A stretch of DNA of 64,000 nucleotides from Phoronis australis (lineage: Eukaryota > Animalia > Phoronida), in the NCBI GenBank assembly GCA_002633005.1, contig NMRA01000248.1, forward strand, positions 186,001 through 250,000, in the 5' to 3' direction. The position numbers were made by a program, and so were the translations under genes. Numbering within the stretch: the stretch's first letter is position 1; each line of letters begins with the position of its first letter. Under the pieces are notes generated by a model. The model did no database searches. It had not been told where the DNA came from and saw nothing but the letters and a program-made list of their open reading frames with translations. Below are positions 1 to 12,636 of the stretch, in pieces.

Positions 1-1797
1 TCCAACCAATGGTACTGCCTTTGTTAAAATATGTGTTCATGCATACAAGCAGGTTTGTAGGAAAAAGCGACGGTTTACGCGAAAAGTACAATGGGCAATA
101 GCTACCCGACCTGGTCAAATACCCTGCGTGGGACGAAAGTTGAATGACACCGGTTCAAAGCGGTTGCATTTAATGAACGCAATGAAATTTCTGATAGTTA
201 TTTATTAGGGATTTAGTGCAAGAATGTTACTGCATAGGAAAAATAGCACTTAAATTTGTGTACACAGTAACTGGTGACAATAAATTACGAATAAAATGCG
301 CAACGTTGAGCAGAAATACACAAATTTATACCAGACAACACTTCAACAGTTGTTCGGGGGTTGTCCACAAAGAAATAATTCGAGGTTTTACGCGGGTATG
401 TTTTTCTTCTGCTTTCTTTTTTGCAAAATTCTGGAATGTGAGTGAGCTCCGACTTAACCGGCCGTTGAACAACGTGACCATCAGGTACCGTGAAAACCGC
501 CAAAAGAGTTCAGTCTTGTTCAACAAAACAGAGCCCCGGTAATATTTAGCCCCAAGAAATGCATAAGCTTAATTTTTAGGTTATCAGATTCTCGAAGAGG
601 ATTTGACCATTTTAGAAATCAAAATTTAGATAATTAAGCCGACTAACCGTGATCATCGATTTCGAAAACTTGAACATCCGCGTGGGGTTCAGTCGGTTAA
701 TTAGTAAAAGACCGGATATGTTTTAAAACGTGTTCCCTTTCACGCTAAAATCGATCAAATCTAAGCATGAATCCTACGCTGTTACTGGAAAAGCAAACAA
801 ACTCAGCTTTCTAACCAAGGAACCTGGCCATTTTTGATAATGTTTAATTCATCTCAGACCGCAGTCCAGAGCTCGATGTCGTTCCCAAATGCTCAATATT
901 CTTCGGCTCATAACCTCCTTATTTCGCATAAACCCAAAAGATTATGTAGAAAAATATTCAAATTTGATCATCATATCTCAAAAATGACTGATCAGATTCA
1001 TATACAATGCTTAACGCCCTCCTCTCCTAAATGCTACTGTTGTGTTTTTGAAATCGATCCCTTGTGCGATGGATTTTATGAGATTTTATGAATTTGGTGA
1101 TTTTCATGAAAAAAACATCAAAAGTGGCATGAAACGAAAACGAAACTACACTTTAGGAAACTTTAGCACAGATTTTGAGATTTCATCTTGAACATTTATA
1201 TCAAACGAAAGTTGGTCCTGTTATTCATACCTTTGTTGTGCTATGAATATATGTTTCTTTTTACAAAAAAAGTCTAAAAGGGCATGGTCACGTGACTTAA
1301 TTAGTGACACACAGTTGATATGAAGTCAATCATCAAAGTCTACAGGATTTTGCTTTACGAAGATCTTTACTTTTACAGAGTTTTTCGGTTGTTAAACCAA
1401 TTGTTCCCTTTTGACTCCGTATCAGTAGGTATTGTGGGACATTAGAAACTTTTAATTTTCATGTTTTCGATTTTATGTCAAATATTACCATGCCTTTTAA
1501 TGAAATTATACAAAAGGGTGTATTCATAGCAAACGCTATGGTATCAGAAACACGACATTTTTTACATAAATGTTGAAGATGAATTCTCAACTTAGTTGTT
1601 GCACCACGTGAATATCGTTTTGTTTTCGATTGATTGTACTTCGGGAGCAAGTTTTCTGTTATACAGAATTTGTTGAATGCACGACACTTTTCATTGTTCA
1701 CGGTCTTTATTCCGTTGCGTTCATACTTTCTGAACAAAACTCTACTCTCAACTGAACATAGATACAGTAAATGACCTAGTGACATAATTAAAAGACA

Positions 1798-1835
1798 CAC
1801 GATATTTCGAAACATACTTGTTACATTCTCAAGTG
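1798..1835 (-). ncRNA. Minimal hammerhead-ribozyme-like motif in the PLE tail (second copy at 2721-2758, + strand)
   Basis: The sense strand reads CAC-TTGAGAA-tgtaac-aagtat-gtttc-GAAA-TA-TC-GTG. This gives stem I CAC/GTG, a variant core UUGANAA, stem II, GAAA and a minimal palindromic stem III. Such motifs are known in PLE pLTRs. Confidence 0.55.
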
Positions 1836-1950
1836 AAGATAAAATGACGCAGTAATGCCACCACAGAGTATAAGCTGACAACACACACAGTGAGACACGG
1901 CGGGTGTGAAATACTGCAAAGAATGACTAATGAAGGGGGTAACAGGAAAG

Positions 1951-2633
1951 TCACGCAAACAAGTGTAACGACCCTGTTTGCTGCTCATTCAAAACAGGCT
2001 TCTCAAAAGCAATTATAAGGGACTCTAATACTTTCAAACGCAGCACATCTTGCTCCACGTAGCGAATTGACGTGTTTTCCACAATTTCTTGACGGGTGAT
2101 TTTACGTGCGTGGTATTGCAGAAAATGATCTTGAATGGCGCCATTTTGAAGATGCCTGGATAACCGACGGGAAAGACTGCAAACCGTTTGACCAATGTAA
2201 CATTGTTTGACGTTTGAACGAAGACATTCGTTCATAGGGCATACAAATTCATAAACAACACTACACTGTGCAACGGGGCGGACTTTCGATTTTGAAATGT
2301 TATTTTTCATGACCAAGTTGGAGGACTTCCTATTCCGATAATAAATAATAACATCAAGGTAATCATCAGGCTTACAAACTTTAACATTGTCCCTTATGAT
2401 TTTCTTAATGGCGTGTTCGTCCTGGAGGTAATTATTAGACATGACATTTTTGTAAAATATCTTTTTGGTGACACGAGTCCGACGTGCAGGGACTTCATAG
2501 CTAATTCTGGACATAAATCGCTTAATATGGAAATCCACAAATGCATTGGTATACCCATTATGCACCAGTGTTTGTCTTATGCGATCTACCTCTTGATTGA
2601 ACAATAGCCAGTTAGACGACACCGAACACGCCC
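1951..2633 (-). pseudogene. Truncated PLE ORF: RT thumb/linker plus GIY-YIG endonuclease
   Basis: ORF 1951..2622 (-) has VVY...YIG, the conserved Arg/His of RRLSRH, Glu in VLES and a terminal LN. The CxxxxC insert between the GIY and YIG halves resembles Naiad-clade PLEs. The 5' part of the RT is missing. Confidence 0.85.
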
Positions 2634-5600
2634 TCTTTGCAGTATTTCACACCCGCCGTGTCTCACTGTGTGTGTCGTCAGCTTATACTCTGTGGTGGCA
2701 TTACTGCGTCATTTTATCTTCACTTGAGAATGAAACAAGTATGTTTCGAAATACCGTGTGTCTTTTAATTATGTCTCTAGGTCATTTACTGTATCTATGT
2801 TCAGTTAAGAGTAGAGTTTTATTTTCGATTGTAAACATGTTATCAGTTTTTTGCATAAAAAATCAAAAAGTCCAATTTTGATGGCATCTCATGCAAAATG
2901 GGAACATTATAAATTCGTCTTTCGGAATTTTGGAGAACAGCGTATAAAAGATAATGTCGTAATTGCGGACATTTTTCTATTGGTACACATATCGTAAACC
3001 CTATACGCTAACAATGAAACATTTATAAAATGCAAAAAGTTCAACAGAATTGTACTCGGACATCACTTAAACGTGTTTTTCAACACTTTAAAGTGTGGTT
3101 TAAAAAAAACACCGTTTACCTTGTTTTGTCAAGTGACTACCTTGTCAGCATCATTAAACCTTTCTTTGTAGCACTGCATGTCGCAACTGTGAATTCAGTA
3201 TCCCCCAAATACATGTATTAGAAAAAAGCAACATTAACATTAGCTCCGCGGATATGAGTGTGACGTATGAACTTACTCAGCACCACTGTGTAATGTCCAC
3301 GAACATTCGAGTTTCTTGTACAATCTTGTGCCATATTCATACTTCTCTGATGTCTCGCGGGAAAGTGAAAAGAGCCACAGCCTGCTCAAATTCACAAGCA
3401 CCAAAAACGCAACGCCTTACCAACCTCTATTATACCATAATCCACGGGAAAACGAGCAGCAATATCTGACGACTTTTCGCTCTAAACACAATGGATGATG
3501 ACTAATCCTGAAACTGGTTGTCCCGATTCTACGTAATGTATCGTTCAATAAATACTTGTAACTCCAGATCAGCTAATTAACATATCGTCAGATAGAGTTT
3601 GGGGGTATTCTAATTTGACATCTACTCGGCTAGTGGTGTTGTTGGTTTGGGGTGTTTGCTATGGAATTTGTGGTTTGAAGCACTTTAGCAGTTGTTCGGA
3701 GCCTTTTCATGAAAATAATTCAATTTTCTTTTGGAAATGTTTTTGTTTCGCAAAAACTTCCGAGGTCAATTATCCCAGATTTCTCCGGGTTTTTTGATCC
3801 ACAGCACCTTCAGGTACATCCTTTTTCGCGGGCTCACCTTGCCCGGCATATAATTTTAATGTTCAGGCATTACTCGGACATGTAATGTAACTATTGTAAC
3901 AGTTACCCCAAAAGACTGCATCAAGTAGCATTTTTAGTTTTAGTTATCAGGTTGTAGCATGTTTTCAAAGCGGATTTGTCATTTAGGAAATCGAGTTTGG
4001 TTATGCCGCCGACAGTCCGAGATCATTTAGACAATTTTGCAACTCAGCGAAGGATTTTAGTCTGTTAATTGGTCTAAGCAGTTTTAAGTTTGCGCTTAAA
4101 ATGAATCAAAAGTAAGCATGAATGTTCATTTAGTTCAGAAAGGAATACAAACCGTCCCGTTGTCTTTCGAGACATATCTGGAAATACTCAAATCATCTCG
4201 CACGGCAGTCCATCGCTCGAGTGCGTTCCTAAATGCACGTTTTGAAGATTTTATTCCTCCAATGTTCTTTGGCTCATCACGTGCACTCAGAAGATTAAAC
4301 ATTGAGACGTGTGCGGTGTGCCACTTAAAGTATATAGTCGGGATACCTATTGTCGTCAGGCTCCAAAGGTCGTCTGCCATCTTCTTTCGCGTGCAGCGCA
4401 GCCACGCGGGACTTAGCGTTTCAATTTGGAGTGCTCGTCTGCACGTTAGGTACTAACCTCTCGGAAGAAACACGCATGGAAGAACTGAGACTAAAATTAT
4501 TGCATTTACCGACTGTTTTTTTTTTGAGACCACTTAAAAACTTGTAGATTTTACTAATGCACTTTTTTGTTCATTTTCAGAAGATATTTTTGAAATTAAA
4601 TTTTCTTCAGACAGAACAAAAACCTACCCAGATATTGTTTATGCAATGTATCTATTTGTCCCAGGCACCAACCGACACCTGTTAGGCCAAAGGAAAAACA
4701 GCAGACAAATGGAACACGCTGGGTGCTTAACAGTTTCGGCTCACGCATTCGTCATCAAAATATTGTCCACTTGTTTTTTATTGCAAAACACAGTACTGAG
4801 CTCAACATTTATGTTGAAATTTTTGGTTCAGGCATTTTGGATTTATTTGAAAAAAATTAAAATCCTCATATTGATAGAGACTGGTCACCAATAAAGTAAA
4901 ACATTGACTTTATTCCGCTTTATTGCATTGTTACATACAACACAGCAGGACATAATTAAAAATAAAACAAGAGATTGAAAAATAAAATGCAAATTCAAGT
5001 TGGGTGTTTATTTATTTATTTATGATTTCAGAAGTCTGTTGAAGGTGAGAAAAAATCAGACAATATGATATTGAGTAATTTATTAGAACAAATGCATCGA
5101 GGCTCAATGATCAACTTCCGCTGACCAAGTCTCAAAGGGTTACAGTTCTGTTTTGGCTGACAAGATGTTAACAGAGAATGAAGAAAAACTGAAAAGAAAA
5201 AGAAAGACAGCATAGATGAGTGGTATTAAGAACAACAAGAGTAAAAAGTGAAATAAAGAGGTCACAAATAGAAAATAAGTAAGGTCTATCTGGAATAAAA
5301 CAATCACGATTTATTTTCCAGAACTGAAATTCTGAATCAGCTTTAATTGATATCATACCAGTAAAATAGTTAGGGGTTGAGCTAGAATTGCTGTAAACCA
5401 CTTTCCACTATTTTCTTATGTTCTTTCAAAGGGCGGCAGCATATGACGACCATAGGAGCCATTATAAAATGGCTGCCGAAAAGCATTGCACAGTTCAAAC
5501 ACCTCGGCATAAATAAAAGAAAACTTTTCAATCAACGAATGCTACATATTTCTGAGAGTTAAATCAAATCCTATTCAGAGCATAACTTTGAAGTGGAATA

Positions 5601-5698
5601 ATTGGGTGAGTACGACAACAAGCCGGTTTTATGCTTAGGCGGACGACCATTGGGTTACGGAGTATACAATGTATATACGCTTTGTTTTCCACTTGCAG

Positions 5699-8600
5699 CC
5701 TTCCCGACGGACTGTTCCTGCAGCACCTGTGCTTCGCACGACTTTTTGAATAACGTGACAGGCTGTCTTTGCCGTGATCCTGATAACTGGGGAATGGCTT
5801 TATGCTGTCACGCTAAAACTTTGCGAAGACCTCGTAAGTAATTCGACGCAATTTTGAAGGTTGGACATAAATGTGATAACTTACACGTATTTATGTTATT
5901 TTTTACTCCGGGCGCTGCTTAAGCCAGTGACTATTATCTTTTATTTGCAGCATGTAAACCTGGCACCTTCTCGCCCACCGGTTACCATGGCAAGGTCCGC
6001 TGCACACAGTGTCCTAATGGAACATTTTCACCCAACGTTGGAAGTACTGAATGTCAGATGTGCCCCGAAGGTAAGTTACTTTACAAGGGATCTAGTGTAA
6101 TGTTCTCTTACACCTGTATTTAAGTGTTGTTCAAAAACTGTTGAATGTCATCCGCCTGAAGAGTATAAAATGGTAAAAATAGTAAAAATAAAACGACAAG
6201 CGTCGGTACTAAAATATTTCTACCGGCCCACACTACCAGTGACCTCAAGGTACCGGTAGTCAAAGGCGGGCTGTCGGACATCAACTCACGGAGAAAGTGC
6301 GAGGCCGAGTTCATCGCCAAATTCAACACTTACGCCAGAGGTCTAAACAGGGGCATAGGGATTCTATCTCACTACAGGTCTGTGGGTGAATAAGCTCCAG
6401 TAGCTATGTGCCCGTTTCTGTTTGGACCTTCCTCTCGTCATGCGCACCCCACTGTTAATTGTAACGACTGATGTTTTCATGCTGCCTATTGTGTACCACC
6501 ATGTGGTTGCCTGTGCGACTTTATTTATTGGCCCCTATCCATCTACTCGGCAGTCTGTATTATACCCTTGACAAAAAGCGTATGGCTCGAGACGTGGGGA
6601 ATATTTTTAAATATTTTAGTACCGACGCTCGTAGTTCTATTTTTACAATTTTTACTATTTTTTTTTTCTTTTCCGCCGTTAACTGCTCGGCATTCCAGCA
6701 TCTATTCGCCTGAAAAGTGTTTATTGTAAGAAGATTCTGCTGGGTTCAGTGGATACCCATTTGGCAACAGGTGTCGCTCCTTTGAATACGAGTGACTTTT
6801 ATTCACATTGTGTGTCTTGTATCTGCTGGATGCTAAGTGATGGGAAATGAAGGCGATATGTGATATTTTACCTAGCTGCCTCTTATTGCAGCTTTACCAA
6901 TGTTTGAATGACCAATTAGATTTGTGAATTTGTTTGAGTTTCCTTATACTTTTTTGCATTATTTGAGAACAAATATGCGGCATCCCAAAGAGCTTGTTTT
7001 CTTCATAAGGTTATTACTCGGCTCAAGGTCAGACCCAATGCACGGCCTGCAACTACGATAAGACTAGCGACATCTCTCGCACTAGATGTGAACCATGCCG
7101 ATCAGGTCACACACCTGCTGTTCTTGGAGTGTGCGTTGGTAAGTGTGATGTCATCCATTGGTTTGTTTTCAGTCTAATTGTCTGAGAAAATTATGCTACA
7201 CCCAGAACATTTTTATCTTCGGAATTGCATGTTACTTTGGTTATATCTTAATACTACAGAAAGGGACACTGAAGCAAAGCGTTGAATGTTTGTTTATCCC
7301 AAGAAAGCTATGATACTTTACTTATTTTCGATCATTGATTTTCGCCTGGGTTTGGCTTCATTTTTAGCAAATTTAGACCGATCAAAATTTAAAAGTAGCA
7401 AGAAAGATCACAAAAAAACGAAAAATTCATAAACTTTTATCGTGTCTGTATATTTTAGTTTGATCCTTTCAACTAAATAAGTACTGGCGTTTGGACAAAC
7501 ATTGCAAAATTTGCAAGTTAAGGATGCGATTTTTGCCAATGTCGGGGAGATCGTCAGATAGGAGACATAACCATATTATTCCTCAATCTTAATGACTTTC
7601 ACGAAAAAACCATGTACGGTTCTGCCGGCAAATGAGTTGTCTTTGTGTAACGATTCTTCAAACAAAAGCACCCTTATCCAGAGCCGATGCTCGCGGCAAA
7701 CAATGTAAGCAGAGATTCTCATTGTGAATTCGTTAAACATTGTCTTGTGATTACTAAAATAGTATCACATTGACTACGAACAATTGTCACTGTTGTAACG
7801 TTGATAAAAATCGGATACTTAACGAGCAATGACATACTGGTCACAATGGTGCTAAACAGATTAGTAGTTCCTGGGTCTACATGTACCTCTAGGATCCCTA
7901 GTACACGTGGTAATTCGTTCTTTCACTGCTATCCGTGCTTGTACATGTACAAACTACACACACCAATACAGTGTCATCTAGCGGAAAAATTGGCATTTTG
8001 ACCCCCATTTAAGAAAAATGACTTTAGGTTTTATAGGACGATGGAAAACATGCAAGTTTGGTTAACGTAGATATACCTTATAGCTCGGAAATGACTGTCG
8101 GACTTCATACGGGTATGTCGCTTTCAGATCTCATTGCTTCATGGAACGCCCTCCACAACAACATTAGGAACGTTAGGTCTATCAAATATAGGACTACTGA
8201 AAGAACTCGATAGTTTCTTAAAACAAAAACGAGATGAAATTTAAGTTGCAACAATGTTTTGTGGATTTCCTACTCAACATTTTTATCAAATGAGCTGCCT
8301 TCTGTGTAGCCAGTATGTTGTGAGTTTGGCTAGCGCCTAGCCAGAAGGCTACATTGAAGCTGTATGAAGACTATCGTCAAAATGCCGCTAGGTGCCACCG
8401 TGTGTTGAGCTCCGGTAGACTCCAAAATGTCACACTGCCCGGGTAGTTCTGCTCGTCACCTCGTCGTGAAAGTTAAATCAACACGTAGAGCTATAAGGAC
8501 CGTAGGGGGTGGATGCAAAATATGGCTTTCATTGACACTCACCTTGCCCGTTATAGCCGTTTAAGCGAAAAACAATCTAATAAACGTCATTTCCATTTTT

Positions 8601-11600
8601 TTGCATAATTCTCCGCCTTTTGTAATAAAGAAAAGTCTTTGGTAGTTTTGAAAACAGTAGTTCCTACATTCTTTGCGGTATTTCTCGGGAGGTGATGGCA
8701 GTTTCGCAGCAGCAAAGTATGTTCTGAAATTCGGTTTGCTGGTATTAAAGTACTAAAAAATTGTGACGAAATGAAACCAGTTCCGATAATTATTTTTCAC
8801 TTGTACGCAACCACGTGGAAGAAGAATAGTTGACTGAAAATCGTCAAAAAAACTGGCCAATAAGTGACACAATGTTTCATGGCGCCGAAAGCCGACCCAA
8901 AAGATTGCACCACAATGTTAGCAGCTGAATAATGGTAGAACGCCAATTTTCCAACTCCGGTAAAAATATAGCTTACTTTAGGAAAAGTGTATTTTTTAAT
9001 GACACTAATTTGTTTCAGATTTTACTTGGTCAGTTTTTTATCCTCATCGGCGCAAAGTTGTATATTAAGTATGCAGCTTTGTACCACACTAGACCGCACT
9101 ATTGTTTCGTGAGTAAACTCGCAACCAGTAGTGGAATTGCCCCCACGGCAGTAGATTGGGTAGTATACAGATCACAAATTGTTGGAACTGCACAGGATGT
9201 CTCAATCCTCATATTGCGACAGTTTGTGCTGACCTTCCTAGCACACAATGCTTTATGTTTTCGTATCGACAATTTGTGATGTTTGGAGTAGCCCAGGATG
9301 TCGTTATCCTCAAATTCTGAAGACCTACAAAGCAAAGATTGACACAATGGAAACGCAATTCGGTGCAGGGACGACCATTTTTGATAATCCCTTTTTCAAA
9401 AGTAACTTTTAAAAACAATTCTTAGCAGAGTTTTGGAGGATAGTGCATGAAGCACTGTATGATGCAAAATTATCAGCCATTTCTGTTCCGAATTGAGTCA
9501 TGATTCCTGTAATGACTCTGTGAACAGGCTAAGTACATGTAAATGTGTCTGTGACGAAAGACGTTGGTAGGTACAGGTAGAGTATTGCTGTTTCTATGTC
9601 ACTGCAGGTTGTTTTCCTAACTGCCACAGTTTGTGCTTCATAATTATGTACAAACTGTGGTAAGTTAAAGATTGCGATCTAGCAGGCTTCGTCCACATTG
9701 CACTAACACCAAGTATTCTCTGTTCTTTCCAGGAAGTATACTGGTGTGGTAACTTCGGATACTGATATGATTTTAACGTAGATTTACAATGTGTTTCAGC
9801 ACAGTTCAAAAACTACCGTGGAAGACCGGACTTTGTCAACAATGAAGTTTCGGATGTGCTTCCAGAAACATCGAAGTCAACTGCTGATGCGTGTCGTCGT
9901 TTCTGTGAGCAAGCCGCCTCCTGTATAGGTTTTAGCTACAACTCTGTTACCCGTGCTTGTTCTCCGAAGAAATACGTTGGTATCAACGCCAAACAAAATG
10001 AAAATGAAAATGGAACAGTTTTATACGACAGACCTGGTAAGTAACGACGAAGCATTTTCATTTTCACGGATCCAACGAATATAGCGCCACCATATTGGTC
10101 ATTTTAATTGGTTTAGAGACTATTTCTCAATTGACGTTCCCATTTGTACCTGTCAAACCACTACGAAAATTCAGTATGAAAATTGGCGGATGTGTTACTA
10201 GGTCTACGCCACGATTGACGTTGATTTTTGGACAGTTCCAACAGCCGTGACAGCCGCATGTCACATTTTTGCGTCCGCGGCTGTGTCTCCGAAACCCCTT
10301 AATGATTTTTGTAAAATTTGGCAATTTTATTCCCACAAACTTGACAACAGATGACTTGTTCTGGACGGATCCAACTACCGCTGCGCCTCCTAGTAGCAAT
10401 TTCTTTCTTTACGTTTACTTTTTCATCATTTAATTAGATGTTGGGGAGATGATGGCGCCTTCCCTTTTATTTTCAACCAAAATCTGTCAATTCAGTTCTG
10501 GCCATTGGCGAAATCTGTACAAAATCTCGACTAGTATTGCTACATCCACGCTGTCGAAATCGCGATAACTCACTTATCAAGTCAATTATGTGACTGAACG
10601 ATTAGGAGCTAGGCGTAATAACGTCATGTTAAACTTCAAAAAGATTTGCATAACGGCGCTATTTTATTGCGACAAAAGTTCGGCTGAATTCGAACTTCGA
10701 AATAATTCCGGCAAGATCTGTGTCCAGATTTGGCAAAGCCTGGCAGAGTTTTGTCTAAGTCTGTTTAGTTTATTTTAGAGATTGTTATTTGACAAATTTC
10801 AAAGTTCATGCAACAATGAGGACATTTATCAATTGGCATTGTAATTTTGATCACAGTTGGGAAGACGGGTAGGAATAGATATTTTAGCATATACATTTAG
10901 TTCCTACCGAGGCACGTATTTGGCACTAGGACTGAGTATATTGTAACGGGAATCGGTGGAGCGACCAGCACCGATCTACTTAGTTTCTAAAATGTCGACT
11001 GCTCGTAGCCGATAAAAATATTTGCAGCGTTGTGTACTTTTTCACTCGTTCGAATCGCATACGAGAGAACCATAGTGACAACTTATAGAGAGTGAAACAA
11101 GAGAGAAGAAGATAAATATACTGAGTTTTATTATGCAATAGACATGAAACACAGATCTACAAACTTAAAACTCATCGCTAACTTCCGTCGGCATCGCAGC
11201 TTTAACTTATAACCCAAAGAATTTATAAACAAGAAGAATTTGCTAAAAAATGTCAAAGTCCAAATTTAAAAGGCCCAAACAGTTAGTTTGCTTGGTTGGG
11301 ATTCCTTGCGGATAGAGTCGAGACCCGGCAGAATCCGAAGTTTTAGCGTGAGGGGCCCATTTTTATAGGCTTTTTCGCACCGCGAATGTTCCAAATTACG
11401 CTAAAATAGGGGTCTCAAGATAAATGTGAAAAACAATCTGAATAGAACTAAAAATTTCGTCATCTGAAGTTCTATATAAGGAATTGACCATCTTACACCC
11501 CTTTAAAATATAATAACACACTCTAGCTTCTGGAACTAAACTGACGACTCGTCCTCACTCACGATTCCATCAATAGACGGCGCTCCCGTCACAATACATA

Positions 11601-12636
11601 AAACATTGGAGTCATTTAATTTGTCTTCATTGCGTTTTTCACTGCAACGCGTGTAGGGATATATTCTGTAAACGTTTCATCTATAGCGACGTTGCCATGG
11701 AACTGTGAGTGGATCATTTCCACGTACGTGGCTGAACCAAATCTCACCTTCGCAGTTGGACCGTTGCCTCTCCATAACTGCAGTCTGCAATGTATCAACG
11801 ACAATTGTGTTGGGTTCTACATATCTCGACATGGTTACTGCGTGCTGGTCTCGTTAACGCCATCTGACCTTGGAACATTTAATTCCGACGTTGCAGTCCA
11901 TGGGACTAACTTTGGATGGGATTACTTTACGCGGAAGTGTACTCAGCAAAAACGTAAGCGATGAGCATCACATGTACTCGTGTTGAAGCAGTTGACTGGC
12001 GTTCAAGTGTTTAAATGATATGCTTTGTGAACAGTCTGTCTCACGTTTTCTTCTTTCTTGTGGAAAGTTGTTGGGAAACCTGCGCCTCTATGAATCCGCT
12101 TACGTTATTGTTTTATATTGAGTTGCATTGTGTTGCAATGTTTCGCATTTTGCTACTTGCACTATTTAGACTTAATTCTATTTTCTATTGAATGGTTTGC
12201 TCTCATGAGAGCCTTCATAAGGTGGCCCTCATTTCAAAACTTAAAATCAGTATATAAACATGTACATGGTTTACGCTTGTGTACAATCTAAGATACATGT
12301 ATCAGTGTACACGTTAATGAAGTCTTAATTTAGTTCCTAACATGAGGTTACCTTAGTGTTTCGGTGACTAAATATTTCTCTTTACTTTCAGAGCAGACCT
12401 CGACCATATCTATGCTCTCTGGCAAAAGCATCACGGGACACACTATTTCTAGTATCACAGTGCCAACTGCACTGATTTGTGCTGCCACATGTTTAGAGCA
12501 CATGCACTGCAAATCGTTCAGCTTTTCCGAAGGACTAGAGCCCAATTGTATCTTGAAAGACATTTTTGCACGTGATTTGAAATTCCCTTTTCAGGAGGAT
12601 GCCAAAACAGTCGTGTATAACGTTGTCTACAATTAA
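5699..12636 (+). CDS. Extracellular Cys-rich protein: GCC2/GCC3 (ephrin-receptor-like) repeats plus three PAN/Apple-like domains; 5' exon not identified
   Basis: Exons 5699-5833, 5951-6070, 7010-7138, 9800-10036, 11657-11953 and 12392-12636 have canonical AG/GT ends, all phase 1, and form one open frame. Motifs include CKPGTFSPTG...CTQCPNGTFSPNVGSTECQMCPEGYYS and the PAN-like segments CRRFCEQAASCIGFSYNSVTRAC, CSLQCINDNCVGFYIS...C and CAATCLEHMHCKSFSF...C. Confidence 0.8.
6167..6661 (+). mobile_element. Second 5'-truncated Penelope-like element (Neptune/Poseidon-like GIY-YIG C-terminus) inside an intron, with an inverted tail
   Basis: Frame 6220-6393 reads LPAHTTSDLKVPVVKGGLSDINSRRKCEAEFIAKFNTYARGLNRGIGILSHY. 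A degenerate hammerhead-like motif (CCC-TTGACAA...GAGACGT-GGG) lies at ~6565-6600. Positions 6167-6219 and 6609-6661 form an inverted repeat. Confidence 0.75.
8130..8235 (+). mobile_element. Possible degenerate LINE (CR1/L2-like) ORF2 3' remnant
   Basis: Frameshifted peptides IASWNALHNNIRNV and KELDSFLK resemble the WNxLP...FK..LD end of LINE ORF2. Confidence 0.35.

Larger units (their letters stand above)
1736..2820 (-). mobile_element. 5'-truncated Penelope-like retroelement (Naiad-like) with an inverted copy of its 3' tail
   Basis: The minus-strand frame 2633..1951 encodes an RT C-terminal region (RACSVSSNW..., KIFYKNVMSNNY) followed by a GIY-YIG endonuclease (VVYEFVCPMNEC...YIGQT...LSRRLSRH...LKVLESLII...PVLN). 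Positions 1736-1922 and 2634-2820 form a near-identical ~187 bp inverted repeat. Confidence 0.88.

Noticed and set aside
1459-1884. ORF 1459..1884 (-) and ORF 2597..2881 (+) share the peptide SAYTLWWHYCVILSSLEN, like paralogous genes
   Set aside because: They are translations of the two arms of the PLE inverted tail, not genes.
1736-1953. Possible selenoprotein readthrough or SECIS, since some Naiad PLEs encode selenoproteins and this ORF ends in TGA
   Set aside because: There is no internal in-frame TGA in the surviving ORF, a TAG follows 8 codons later, and no AUGA/GA SECIS core is visible in the tail.
4135-4380. Minus-strand ORF with a strong aagATGG start (…AFRNALERWTAVRDDL…)
   Set aside because: It only faintly resembles transposon accessory proteins, and I found no convincing termini or splice partners.
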